Source: Dissulfurispiraceae bacterium (lineage in GTDB: Bacteria; Nitrospirota; Thermodesulfovibrionia; Thermodesulfovibrionales; Dissulfurispiraceae). Taken from it: 64,000 bases of DNA. This document shows positions 45,341-55,060 of the stretch, piece by piece. Where the stretch lies: assembly GCA_035319185.1 (NCBI GenBank), contig DATHDF010000074.1, forward strand, positions 77,537 through 141,536. The letters run 5' to 3'. The position numbers and the translations under genes were made by a program. The notes beneath the pieces were generated by a model. It was not told the origin of the DNA, made no database searches, and saw nothing but the letters and a program-made list of their open reading frames with translations. Position 1 is the stretch's first letter. Every line of letters begins with the position of its first letter.

Positions 45341-47435
45341 GCACGCCGCGGACCGTTCTCAGCAGCGCCGAAGGAGAGAAAGGCTTGAGGACAAATCTCA
45401 CCTGCGATGCGTCAAAACCCTTCCCTCCTACAAAGTCTTCCGAATAGCCGGTTGTAATGATAGTTTTAACCGAAGGTGCAATGTTTCTGATCTCCTCATA
45501 CGCATCCTTCCCGCTCATCCTCGGCATGACCCCGTCCAGTATGACCAACTGTACAACGTCTATATTGTCTTTATATTGCGTTACCGCCTCAGCCCCGTCG
45601 ATCGCTTCAATGACCTTATACCCATAATCGCCCAACACTGTGGACGTCATTTTTCTCAGTTCGGCATCATCTTCAGCCAGCAGTATCGTCTCGGTGCCGC
45701 CTTTGACCGGGACGTCATCAGCGCCCTTTTCCGCCTCTTCTTCAACGCCCCTGCAAAGCGGGAAGTAAATTTTGAATGCCGCGCCTTTCCCCAATTCACT
45801 GTATGCCTCGATGTAACCGTCATGCTGCTTGACAATGCCATACGCCGTGGAAAGCCCAAGCCCGGTGCCTTTACCAGGCTCCTTGGTCGTGAAGAAGGGC
45901 TCGAATATCCTGTCCCTGATTTTGGAATCAAATCCCTCTCCGGTATCTGAAACCATCAGGAGGGCGTATTTGCCCACCCTCCCATAGCCGTGCAATTCTA
46001 TGAACCCTTCATCGATGTACATCGTTTCAGTTTTTATGGTTATCCGTCCGCCGTTCGGCATGGCGTCCTTTGCATTGGTAACGAGATTCATAAGGATCTG
46101 CTCGATCTGCCCTTCATCGGCGTTTACCATCAGTTCGGCATTGTCGAGCGAAGTGACTATCGATATGTCTTCCCTGATCAATCTTTTCAGGAACTTCTCG
46201 AATTTTTTTACAACGCTGCTTATATTCACCGGCTTGCGATTGATCATCTGTTTCCTGCTGCATGACAGAAGGCTTTGCGTCAAAGTTGAGGCCCTGTCCG
46301 ATGCCTTGAGAATATGTTCCAGGTTAACTCTCATCAGGTCGTCTTCGGGCAATTTCAGCAGTGTCATATGGGCGTATCCCACAATGGCGCAAAGGATATT
46401 GTTGAAGTCATGCGCCACTCCTCCGGCGAGCAGCCCGATCGCCTCCATCTTCTGCGCATGCAGGAGTTGCTCCTCAAGCCTCTTGCTCTGAGTTATATCC
46501 TGAAGCGTTTGAATCGCAGCAACCAGGTCGCCTTTGCTGTCAAAGATCGGGGCGGCTTCGAGAACGATATATCTGTCCTTGCCTCCGAGGCTTCTGAACC
46601 AGCCGTCCGCTCTGATAGCTTTAGGGTTCAGGGCAGATTTCCAGTAGCTTTTTCGAAGCTTAAGAAAGCTTTCTATATCGGGGTTATCTATGATTTCATC
46701 CGCTGCAGTGGGCAGTATGCCGCTGCTGAACGGTTTCCACTGATCATCAGTGCCTATCATATCTGAAGCCTTACATCCGGTAAGCTCCTCGCATGCCTTG
46801 TTCCACAGCATGATCCTGTGGTCCTTGTCCAGGACAAAGGTCGCCGTAGCCGAATTGAAAATGAGGCTGGCAGAAAACATCTGCTGCTCCTTCAGTGCCT
46901 CTTCAGCCCTCTTGCGCTCGCTGATTTCGGCAGCCATGGACTGATTGAGCTGCTCAAGGTCCGACATCTTCTTCTCAAGCTTTCTGAACAGGACTTCGTT
47001 GTGGTCTTTCAAAAACCACTCCTGGGGTTCCATCGCAATCCTGGCTGCCCCCAAAGGCCCGTCAGTCTGCCGGGCCAGAACCTCGCTCACAATACCTTCA
47101 AGCATCTCCGGCTCAACAGGCTTGACCACGAATCTCTCTGCGCCGAGACTGAGAGCGAAGGATTCATCCTTGGGATCTGTATATGTGGCCGTATAGAATA
47201 TGAATGGCTTTTGGCCCAGAACGCTGTCGGCCTTCCACTGCCTACACAGCGCATAACCGTCCATAACCGGCATGAGAATATCGCTGACAATAATGTCCGG
47301 GGTAAACTGCCGGGCTTTTTCGAGCGCCTCGGCACCGTTGCTCGCGCATATTACCTCGTAGTTGTGCCCCTTGAATAGCCTTTCCAGCAGATACCGGCTC
47401 TCCTCATTGTCATCCACCACAATAATGCGCGTCAT
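45330..47435 (-). CDS. Hybrid sensor kinase (REC-PAS-HisKA-HATPase-REC)
   Basis: MTRIIVVDDNEESR...DILMPVMDG, H-box VAHDFNNIL, GTGLGLS and a C-terminal REC (ILLAEDD..ILDGVMPRMSG). ATG 47435 forms an ATGA overlap with the upstream stop. Confidence 0.9.
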   Translation of the reverse strand: MTRIIVVDDNEESRYLLERLFKGHNYEVICASNGAEALEKARQFTPDIIVSDILMPVMDGYALCRQWKADSVLGQKPFIFYTATYTDPKDESFALSLGAERFVVKPVEPEMLEGIVSEVLARQTDGPLGAARIAMEPQEWFLKDHNEVLFRKLEKKMSDLEQLNQSMAAEISERKRAEEALKEQQMFSASLIFNSATATFVLDKDHRIMLWNKACEELTGCKASDMIGTDDQWKPFSSGILPTAADEIIDNPDIESFLKLRKSYWKSALNPKAIRADGWFRSLGGKDRYIVLEAAPIFDSKGDLVAAIQTLQDITQSKRLEEQLLHAQKMEAIGLLAGGVAHDFNNILCAIVGYAHMTLLKLPEDDLMRVNLEHILKASDRASTLTQSLLSCSRKQMINRKPVNISSVVKKFEKFLKRLIREDISIVTSLDNAELMVNADEGQIEQILMNLVTNAKDAMPNGGRITIKTETMYIDEGFIELHGYGRVGKYALLMVSDTGEGFDSKIRDRIFEPFFTTKEPGKGTGLGLSTAYGIVKQHDGYIEAYSELGKGAAFKIYFPLCRGVEEEAEKGADDVPVKGGTETILLAEDDAELRKMTSTVLGDYGYKVIEAIDGAEAVTQYKDNIDVVQLVILDGVMPRMSGKDAYEEIRNIAPSVKTIITTGYSEDFVGGKGFDASQVRFVLKPFSPSALLRTVRGVLDS

Positions 47436-47821
47436 GATTGCACCTTTCCGTGCATGTCCCGGGCAGGGAAAGATTCGACCTGGGAAATAAAAGTGTCGGG
47501 GTTGATGGGCTTCTCGATGTATCCGTCGCAACCGGCTTCCAGGGCCTTTTCGCGGTCCCCCGGCATTGCGTACGATGTAACGGCTATGATCGGCGTTTTT
47601 ACAAGTGAAGGATTTAACCTTAACTGTTTGGCCACGGCATAGCCGTCCATGACCGGCAGTTGAATGTCCAGCAGGATCAGGTCCGGCCCGGTCAGCTGCG
47701 CAGCCGCGATCCCCTCCACGCCTTCCCGGGCAGCTATGACTTCATACCCGTATTTTTCGAGTATGAACGTCATGAGATACATGTTCTGATCGTTGTCCTC
47801 GATTATAAGAACCTTTTTCAT
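47432..47821 (-). CDS. Single-domain (CheY-like) response regulator
   Basis: VLIIEDNDQN, LILLDIQLPVMDG, AVTSYAMPGD, YIEKP. Confidence 0.9.
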   Translation of the reverse strand: MKKVLIIEDNDQNMYLMTFILEKYGYEVIAAREGVEGIAAAQLTGPDLILLDIQLPVMDGYAVAKQLRLNPSLVKTPIIAVTSYAMPGDREKALEAGCDGYIEKPINPDTFISQVESFPARDMHGKVQS

Positions 47822-47832
47822 CGCCCCTCCTC

Positions 47833-50379
47833 TTAAATAGGAAGCGTAAAAGAAAAAGTGCTTCCTTTGCCGACCGCGCTGCTCACTGAGATTTCACCTC
47901 CCAGAAGCTCCACAAGCTTTTTGCAAATGGAAAGCCCAAGCCCTGTGCCCTCGTATCTCCTTGTCAGTCCGTGCTCAAGCTGCCGGAACGGCTTGAAGAG
48001 GGCATCCATATCGTCGGCCTTTATGCCTATACCGCTGTCGCTCACTGCAATCCGGACAGCCTTGCCGTTGACATCTCCGCTGATGTCGACCCGGCCACGC
48101 TCCGTAAACTTGATCGCGTTTCCGATCAGGTTAAGCATAATCTGCTCGACCCTCCTCTGGTCGCTTCTGATCATGCCTACATCAGGGCCCACGCTAAGAC
48201 CGAGGGAAAGCCCTTTAGCCTCAACCAGGGGTTGTACCGTTTTTACAATCCTGTTCAGAGATTCACGCAGATCAAAAGGCTCAGGCACGACTGTCAGTTG
48301 TCCGGCCTCGATCTTGGAAATGTCAAGCACATCATTGATAAGCGTCAGCAGGTGATGCGCGCTGTTCTTGACCATACCCATCTGCTTCTTCTGCTCATCG
48401 TTCAAGGGGCCCACCAAACCCTGCAATATAATTCCCGTGAAACCGATTATGGAGTTAAGCGGCGTCCTGAGTTCATGCGACATGGTAGCCAGAAAGGCGG
48501 ATTTCAACTGGTCCGCCGCCTCAGCCCGTTCCTTGGCCCGCTCAAGTTCGATCAGCGTTTTCCGCAATTCTTCTTCTGAATGTTTGCGGGGCGTTATGTC
48601 GTTGCCCACCGACAATATCTCCACAACATTACCGTGCTCGTCGACGATCGGCCTGTTTGTCCACGAAAGCCAGACCCTCTCGCCGTTTATTCTGACATTT
48701 TCATTTTCATTCAGGGCATATGCCTCGGGCCTCGAAACGATGTCCGCAGCAAGCGAAGTAAGGTCGCGGCCCATGGTTTCACGTTCAGGCACGATAGAAC
48801 CTATGATGTTTCTGCCGATGATTTCTTTTTCGGCATAGCCGAAAAATGACCGCGCAAAGACATTAAAAAAAGTGATTGTGCCGTCGGGCTTCCAGCGCAT
48901 TATTACACTGTTGGCGCTCTCCACAAGATCACGGTATTTTTCTTCGCTCCGGCTGAGCGCCTTTTCGATTCGGGTGCGCCCTTCTATTTCGAGTGTGAGA
49001 CGCCTGTTTGCCTCCTCAAGCGACGCTGTACGCTCTTTCACAAGATCTTCTAGATGCTCCTGATAATCGTGCAGCTTTTTTTCGGCGACCTTGCGGTCGG
49101 AAATATCACGTATGGATTCTATGGCGCCGTATGGCTTGCCGTCTGCATTTATAAGGACTGACGCAGCGCCGGAAAGGTAGCACTGAAGCAGCGGATTGTA
49201 GCGCTCGGCCATAAGCGCGGAGCCGTGCCGGTCGATTGCGTCGTACGATGCCCATTGCGGGGCATTATCGGACATCGACACCAGGTCTATCAATATCGGT
49301 CTGGGCTCGCCGAATATCGGCACCGAATAGGCATAATCGCCCTTGCCGAGCATGTCCTTTTTGCCGATCCCCGTCAGAAGCTCCATTGCCCGGTTCCATA
49401 AGATGACCTTGCCGTCCTTGTCTATAACAAACGTTGCATCAGGCAGGAACTCAATGACATCGTTGAGCTGCCGCTGCATGTCGCGCAGCGTTGTCTCCGA
49501 ATGAATATTGACCAGCAGAAAGAGGGCTGTAATAGCTGTAACGCCGATATATGCCTGCAAAAAAACGATTGACTTTGGCAGGGGCCATCCCGCTATCGGA
49601 TGAGCGTTCATCAACAAAACCATTGCAGATATGAACAGGATCGCAGAGGCAGCCTCGAAACGCCGCAGGAACAGCGCTGCCCAGAGGAGCAGCGGTATGA
49701 TCAGATATCCCAGGGGATAGAACTGCCAGAAAACAGTGCTTATTCCGACACACAGCAGCAGGCCGACAAAAATGACTTCTAGAAGCCTGAGACGGCTAAC
49801 GGCCCTCCATCCCAGCTTATGCAAAATCAGCACGACAGGCGTAATAATAAGTATGCTGATTGCATGACCGAGCCACCAGGTGAACCAAAGCAGCTCTGCA
49901 TCCGCCCAATTCGACCTCAGCAGGCAAAATGCCGCAATACCGATGGCTGCGCTTATCGCGGGGCCGGCAAGCCCGCCCATCAATATGAAAATGGAAAGGT
50001 CTCTGATGCTGTTGAACGGCAGAATATTCTGAGAAATGCGTTTCATGCAATAGGCCCCGGCAAGAGGCTCCAGGGTATTCCCTAAAGCTGCAGTCAGGGA
50101 TGAGATGACTGAGGCAGCGGGAGGAAACGGCGCACTCCAGAGGGTTATGATATTTGCAAGGAAGGCGCCGGCAAAAATGCCGGGCCATACGCGAAAACCG
50201 AGAACAAGCGCGGCAGCGAGGGCTATGCCGGACGAAGGCCACACATGTATAACACCGGTATTCTCTGCTGTCAGAAACAGCGTCATCTCTGCAGTGACGA
50301 AATAGGCGACAGCAACGGAAACGATCGTTGCGAACGAGGTCTTCGTCTCAGGACAGCATGTATCAAATACACGGGCCAT
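47833..50379 (-). CDS. MASE1-PAS-PAS-HisKA-HATPase sensor histidine kinase
   Basis: N-terminal 8-TM MASE1-like region (VWPSSGIALAAALVLGFRVWPGIFAGAFLAN), two PAS modules, H-box MSHELRTPLNSIIG and GTGLGLSICKKLV. Confidence 0.9.
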   Translation of the reverse strand: MARVFDTCCPETKTSFATIVSVAVAYFVTAEMTLFLTAENTGVIHVWPSSGIALAAALVLGFRVWPGIFAGAFLANIITLWSAPFPPAASVISSLTAALGNTLEPLAGAYCMKRISQNILPFNSIRDLSIFILMGGLAGPAISAAIGIAAFCLLRSNWADAELLWFTWWLGHAISILIITPVVLILHKLGWRAVSRLRLLEVIFVGLLLCVGISTVFWQFYPLGYLIIPLLLWAALFLRRFEAASAILFISAMVLLMNAHPIAGWPLPKSIVFLQAYIGVTAITALFLLVNIHSETTLRDMQRQLNDVIEFLPDATFVIDKDGKVILWNRAMELLTGIGKKDMLGKGDYAYSVPIFGEPRPILIDLVSMSDNAPQWASYDAIDRHGSALMAERYNPLLQCYLSGAASVLINADGKPYGAIESIRDISDRKVAEKKLHDYQEHLEDLVKERTASLEEANRRLTLEIEGRTRIEKALSRSEEKYRDLVESANSVIMRWKPDGTITFFNVFARSFFGYAEKEIIGRNIIGSIVPERETMGRDLTSLAADIVSRPEAYALNENENVRINGERVWLSWTNRPIVDEHGNVVEILSVGNDITPRKHSEEELRKTLIELERAKERAEAADQLKSAFLATMSHELRTPLNSIIGFTGIILQGLVGPLNDEQKKQMGMVKNSAHHLLTLINDVLDISKIEAGQLTVVPEPFDLRESLNRIVKTVQPLVEAKGLSLGLSVGPDVGMIRSDQRRVEQIMLNLIGNAIKFTERGRVDISGDVNGKAVRIAVSDSGIGIKADDMDALFKPFRQLEHGLTRRYEGTGLGLSICKKLVELLGGEISVSSAVGKGSTFSFTLPI

Positions 50380-50530
50380 AAGGATTTCAGCTCAATATAT
50401 CGCGAGCAAAAGACGATCATTTATATAATCGCCCACCTCTCACGAATGTAGATGCATCGCTAATCCAAATGACGTCTCTACCGGATAAAAAATCCACGGC
50501 ATACCTGAGGGACGCTTAGCTAAGTATAGC

Positions 50531-50576
50531 ACAATATTAAAGGGACAACCCAAATCCACCAAATCAGGTTGTCCCT
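50531..50576 (-). terminator. Probable terminator downstream of the CsgG-like gene
   Basis: AGGGACAACC (50541-50550) pairs with GGTTGTCCCT (50567-50576): a 10-bp perfect stem with a 16-nt loop, followed on the minus strand by TTAATATT. Confidence 0.4.
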
Positions 50577-50601
50577 TTCACAAATAGCTTAAAACATCAT
50601 T

Positions 50602-51687
50602 TTATTCAATTACTGTCTTGATGATCCACCCGTCCACTTGCGATCCGTCTTCTTCCTCGAATCTGACCTTTACCCACCCCTTGTTGGCAGATAGTTTCTG
50701 CACGGTAGCGCCGCCGGGAAGCGTTCCCACGATAGGTTTACGCTGATCAGGTTCCGATCTCACATTTATCGACTTGTATTTCGATTTAATCGTGACGGTC
50801 CTTTCTCCCCCGGCATTCGATCCATTCAGCTCATTGGAGGCCGCTGTCTGCCCCCCCTGCACTCCAAGTCTTCCGCCGGTTCCCAGCCCGCCTCTAACGG
50901 TTTGTGCCTTATAGTTTCTGACTGCTACCACCAGCTTATTATAGGAATCCATGAAAGCTGCAGTCAGAATTTTCCCCTCCGGTGTATTCGTGTAACCTCC
51001 GGCAGCACCGCCTGCTCCACCACCGAACATTCCACCGAACAGGTTAAAATCAAAATTCTTTGCGCTCCCTTCGGAAGCAGCCAGCTGAACTCCCGACCTG
51101 TTATCTATCATCAGCAACGTAGTAGAGGCTTCATTGGACTTCAATCCCCCTGCTACGGCACCGGCTACATGACCAAATAAACCGCCTACGGCCGCACCAG
51201 CCCCTCCCGTGCCTTTCTGGCTAAATGTAATGCTGGGGCTCATAGTATAATCTGCCGCCACCAGTTGGCCCTTCCCGAATTTGCTGCCCTTGCGCATCTC
51301 GCCGCTGCTTTCCAGGGCGCGCTCCTGCATCAGATTGTTCATAGCCCGTCCACGCTCAACCACCACAAAACAGTTGGATTGCTGAATCATCATACGCAGC
51401 ACTGGTATAGTTGATCCCAATCTATAATGACTCGACAGATACCCGTACCATGGCGCTGATTGGTCCTCCACTACGGCTACCGTACCTAACGATTCACTGC
51501 ATCTTTCAAGCTGGCTGCTGGCACCGGCAGCTGTTGAACCTCCTGCCGAACCTGATGCGACAGTTCCGCCGCCTCCCATAGTAGGGGCTGTACCTTGACA
51601 GCCCATCAATCCCAGCGTCCCAACAATTGCCGCACAGGCAATTCGCCTAACTAAACTCCCCGCTAAGTTTAGCTGTTTCGTCTTCAT
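50602..51687 (-). CDS. CsgG/HfaB-family lipoprotein with Gly-rich insert and C-terminal SH3b domain
   Basis: Lipobox LMGC. CsgG-like core (LGTVAVVEDQS...CFVVVERGRAMNNLMQERAL...LVAADYTMSPSI). C-terminal SINVRSEPDQRKPIVGTLPGG..KGWVKV is SH3b-like. Confidence 0.65.
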   Translation of the reverse strand: MKTKQLNLAGSLVRRIACAAIVGTLGLMGCQGTAPTMGGGGTVASGSAGGSTAAGASSQLERCSESLGTVAVVEDQSAPWYGYLSSHYRLGSTIPVLRMMIQQSNCFVVVERGRAMNNLMQERALESSGEMRKGSKFGKGQLVAADYTMSPSITFSQKGTGGAGAAVGGLFGHVAGAVAGGLKSNEASTTLLMIDNRSGVQLAASEGSAKNFDFNLFGGMFGGGAGGAAGGYTNTPEGKILTAAFMDSYNKLVVAVRNYKAQTVRGGLGTGGRLGVQGGQTAASNELNGSNAGGERTVTIKSKYKSINVRSEPDQRKPIVGTLPGGATVQKLSANKGWVKVRFEEEDGSQVDGWIIKTVIE

Positions 51688-52229
51688 AATCCTCCCCTTA
51701 TATATTTAAGACATTTTGCTATTATAACAACTAAGCAAACATCGAAAAAAGGGAATTGTGATATAGCGAACACTTCCGGCAGAAACCAACTGCCTGATTA
51801 TCCTTGAAATCCCTTGAGCATAAAAAATGGCTGATTCCGGAGGTTCGCCTTTAGAGAGCCCATCCGAGCTGATCATTTCCGATCAATGCTTTTGCATATT
51901 GGGAATATCTTCCTGGGCAATGAAATTTTCAAAGGCGCCCAACGCCTTGGTCAGATTTCGCCTCCTACACTTCGGCACCGCTCCGACCTTTGGGACATAT
52001 GGGCTGTTCAAGCATGCCATCTCGCTGCGATTGGGACTGGGACTGATAGTCGATAGACGCTCTCCGGCCAATCCATGCTTTTTCCTGGACATATAAAATT
52101 ATTGCACATATATATCCTGTGCCGTAGTGTCCTGCATCACTGCCTAAATAGATTTTTCCTAAATAGGCGTAAGACTGAGCAAACGGACTCCATTTAAACG
52201 CATACATAGAGGTCAGGCTTGCCTATATG

Positions 52230-52835
52230 CTAGTCCTTTCCCCCAACCTTTTCCCTTAGAGTTTCGAGCAATGCTGAGGGCGGCTTACTTGCCAGGATCT
52301 CCCTGAACTGTGCGCGATAGTTATTAATCAAACTCACATTTTCTATAACAACGTCATAAATTTTCCACTCTCCACCTTTCAGTATCACTCTGTAGTTAAT
52401 GGGTATCGTTTTGTGCTCTGCCGTCTCTATGGTTGTTTGGACTTCAACTGTGCTTCCGGACATCTGACGTTCCTTGCCGTAGATAACCTTTTCATTCGAA
52501 TATGACAATATTTTATCCGCGTAAGTGTTTTCGAGTAGCTTTGCATATAGGGCGATAAATTCTTTTTGTTGTCCTGCATCCAGTTTTTTCCAATTTAACT
52601 CAAGAGTCCTCCTTGAAAGCTCGCCATAATCGAATATTTCGTTTGCTATAGTTCTAATTTTTGACTTCTTTATCTTTTTGCCCGATTCGCCCTTTAGAGA
52701 ATTATCCCGCAACACGTCAAGCACTTTATTAATTTCTTTCCTGACTGTATCGAGCGGCGTGGCAGCAAACGAAGGAAGAGGATTGATCAATAGAATAACG
52801 ATAAATAACAGGCCTAGCTGTCTTTTCATAGTCAC
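52230..52835 (-). CDS. mlaC: MlaC/Ttg2D-family periplasmic phospholipid-binding protein
   Basis: Signal peptide, then FDYGELSRRTLELNWKKLDAGQQKEFIALYAKLLENTYADKI and GGEWKIYDVVIENVSLINNYRAQF, typical of MlaC. Confidence 0.7.
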   Translation of the reverse strand: MTMKRQLGLLFIVILLINPLPSFAATPLDTVRKEINKVLDVLRDNSLKGESGKKIKKSKIRTIANEIFDYGELSRRTLELNWKKLDAGQQKEFIALYAKLLENTYADKILSYSNEKVIYGKERQMSGSTVEVQTTIETAEHKTIPINYRVILKGGEWKIYDVVIENVSLINNYRAQFREILASKPPSALLETLREKVGGKD

Positions 52836-52897
52836 CTCGGAATATGAACATTAATCGTATTTAGTTCATGCAATTTGTGTCTTACATGTGTCAGTCT

Positions 52898-53212
52898 CTA
52901 CTTTCTTTCTTCTATTTTCAGTAGGCTCTTCACAGATTTCACACCCTTGATTTCCCTGATCTTTGCAACAAGCCGGTCCTCTGTTTCCCGACTGTTAACA
53001 AAACCGGTAAGGACAACATCTCCTTTTGTCACTGCCACATCAATCTTGAAATAATGAGCATCCGAATCTTTAACTATGGTGGCAGTCGCCTGAGTATGAA
53101 TCGTTGCATCGTCAACATTTTGACCTGCGGTTTCACCTGTCATACTGGCGCAACCTGAAAACAACATTAAGCCAAAAACTATCGATACTGCCAATAAAAA
53201 GATCTTTCTCAT
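52898..53212 (-). CDS. BON-domain lipoprotein (OsmY-like)
   Basis: MRKIFLLAVSIVFGLMLFSGC lipobox, then a single BON domain (IDVAVTKGDVVLTGFVNSRETEDRLVAKIREIKGVKSV). The track ORF from 53278 is an upstream extension. Confidence 0.75.
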   Translation of the reverse strand: MRKIFLLAVSIVFGLMLFSGCASMTGETAGQNVDDATIHTQATATIVKDSDAHYFKIDVAVTKGDVVLTGFVNSRETEDRLVAKIREIKGVKSVKSLLKIEERK

Positions 53213-53295
53213 TTTATCCGTCCTTTCTTTGATGTTCGGGTCGTTAGCCAGCAAGTTAACAAATGCAGCTTGAGCCAATGAATATCGAAAAGCAA

Positions 53296-53445
53296 CTACA
53301 ATGGATTTCGTCCCTGTATTATCCTGATCAGCACCGTAACGATTGCGATGACCAGTAGGACATGAATGAAGCCGCCAATAGTGTAACCGCTTACTACCCC
53401 TAGCAACCAGAGTATCATGAGGATGACAAAAATCGTCCAGAGCAT
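53296..53445 (-). CDS. lmo0937-family small membrane protein (49 aa), absent from the ORF track
   Basis: Hand translation gives MLWTIFVILMILWLLGVVSGYTIGGFIHVLLVIAIVTVLIRIIQGRNPL, with a GGGAGG RBS 6-7 nt upstream. It closely matches the conserved MLWTI..IL..LWLLG...G...HLLLVIA family. Confidence 0.7.
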   Translation of the reverse strand: MLWTIFVILMILWLLGVVSGYTIGGFIHVLLVIAIVTVLIRIIQGRNPL

Positions 53446-53570
53446 AGTTACCTCCCTTGCTTTTGTTTTGTCAGATCGCGATACATGTCATACGATTCAT
53501 GCAACAAAGAAATCATCACCAGATGATAACGATGTATCGGACTCTGACATCCATCGCAATTCGTCATACA

Positions 53571-53738
53571 TTAACGATGCTCTTCATGCCCCCCGCGTTC
53601 ACCACGTTCTTCATGTCTTTCATGACCACCGCGATCTCGATCATCGAACCCTCTTCTGTCGTGATCCACCTCCCAAAAACAGCCTGAACATGTGATCAGC
53701 AGGATAATGGCTGAGAATCGAACTAAGTTTTTTCTCAT
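53571..53738 (-). CDS. Small lipoprotein with His/Arg/Asp/Glu/Gly-rich tail
   Basis: MRKNLVRFSAIILLITCSGC lipobox, then FWEVDHDRRGFDDRDRGGHERHEERGERGGHEEHR. Start is an internal ATG (23rd codon) of the track ORF 53571..53804. Confidence 0.55.
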   Translation of the reverse strand: MRKNLVRFSAIILLITCSGCFWEVDHDRRGFDDRDRGGHERHEERGERGGHEEHR

Positions 53739-53748
53739 ATTTCTTCTG

Positions 53749-53988
53749 CTATCGCCTTCTGTGGTGCTCGCCTTGTTCTCCGAGAATGTATCCCGTAACC
53801 CCACCTATGCCAGCACCAACAACGGCCCCTACTGCGGGACTACCTCCTGAAAATGCCCCGACTGCTCCTCCACCGACTGCACCAATGGCCGCCCCACTAA
53901 GTGTCATTTGCTGTTGTCTGTTCATTCCAGCACACCCTAACGTAAAAATAAGAGCAAAAAGAATAAAAATGATAGCTACGCGTTTCAT
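53749..53988 (-). CDS. Glycine-zipper lipoprotein (OsmB/YMGG-like)
   Basis: Lipobox FTLGC, then GAAIGAVGGGAVGAFSGGSPAVGAVVGAGIGGVTGYILG and an EHHRRR tail. Confidence 0.75.
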   Translation of the reverse strand: MKRVAIIFILFALIFTLGCAGMNRQQQMTLSGAAIGAVGGGAVGAFSGGSPAVGAVVGAGIGGVTGYILGEQGEHHRRR

Positions 53989-54023
53989 ATCATAATCCTC
54001 CTAAGTAATTTCATTAGGGACTT

Positions 54024-54488
54024 CTAATTCAACGGACGACCATTAATGCCCGTCTTTATATTAGGCTTGATCATCGTCTGCCAGATGACACTAACAACGG
54101 GAGTTTCAATTTCATCCTGATTTGCAGCGTAATAACTATCTATACGAGAAATGACATCATTCATTGGAATGCCTGCCATACCTTCGATCACTTTCGCTAC
54201 GAAATCTTCTCTCCTCAACTCGGGGTATTTATCCATCAGATGTTGTTCAATTGCCACAACGTGACCGAATCCCCAGATGAAAGCTATCTTGGATTCCTGT
54301 GACATCATCTGCCACGTGTCGCCTTTTAAAATTGGCATCCCCAATGTATTTTTTAGCTCTTTGGCGATTGCCTTACGGTCGGCATGATGCTCGCTGTTCT
54401 TTTCGTCAGCCTTCAGACTTGCAGGTATTGCAATAATAATCGTCAGGCAGATAATACAAAGAGAAGTTCTTAACGCTGATCTTTCCAT
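54024..54488 (-). CDS. Hypothetical secreted protein
   Basis: AGGAGG RBS 8 nt before ATG 54488 and a signal-like SLCIICLTIIIAIPASLKA. No family recognised. Confidence 0.55.
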   Translation of the reverse strand: MERSALRTSLCIICLTIIIAIPASLKADEKNSEHHADRKAIAKELKNTLGMPILKGDTWQMMSQESKIAFIWGFGHVVAIEQHLMDKYPELRREDFVAKVIEGMAGIPMNDVISRIDSYYAANQDEIETPVVSVIWQTMIKPNIKTGINGRPLN

Positions 54489-55060
54489 TAATTGTTCCTC
54501 CTGGCAAATGTTAATGATACGACAATCTTGAACATGTCTCCTGAATATATGATCTCGGGTAAATACCTTTCCTTCGTGCCTCATGTATTCTCAATCGTGA
54601 AGAGGCTCTCAAACCGTATTCAGTATATTGATAACGTATTGTTGTTTCAAGTAGTTGTTAGTCTTATTTTTATGTCAGATTATTACCGATAATATAATGA
54701 TATTTGTCCTACAAACGGTATCGCTCAGAAGGTGAGAGTAATACTAATCGCATTAGATAAGTCACTGCAGGGATAATCTGAAATGCTTGAAGTTAATAAC
54801 CGCTAAAACATGACTACTTATGATGTTCACTAAACGAAAAGCTCGATGATATTTAACGATTCAAGTTGATTCTGACTGTATCGTAGACTTAGCAGTGGTA
54901 ACCATGGCAACAAAGCGCTAGATCAGAAGGTTAGAAAGGCCAAAAACAAAATTATCCTTCAGCTTGACGAATTGCAGCAAATGAATAAACTGAAGATGCG
55001 TATGACGGACAGATATGTTATTAAGAACTGACTTTATAGGCTGGGAGTATCACGGCTGGC

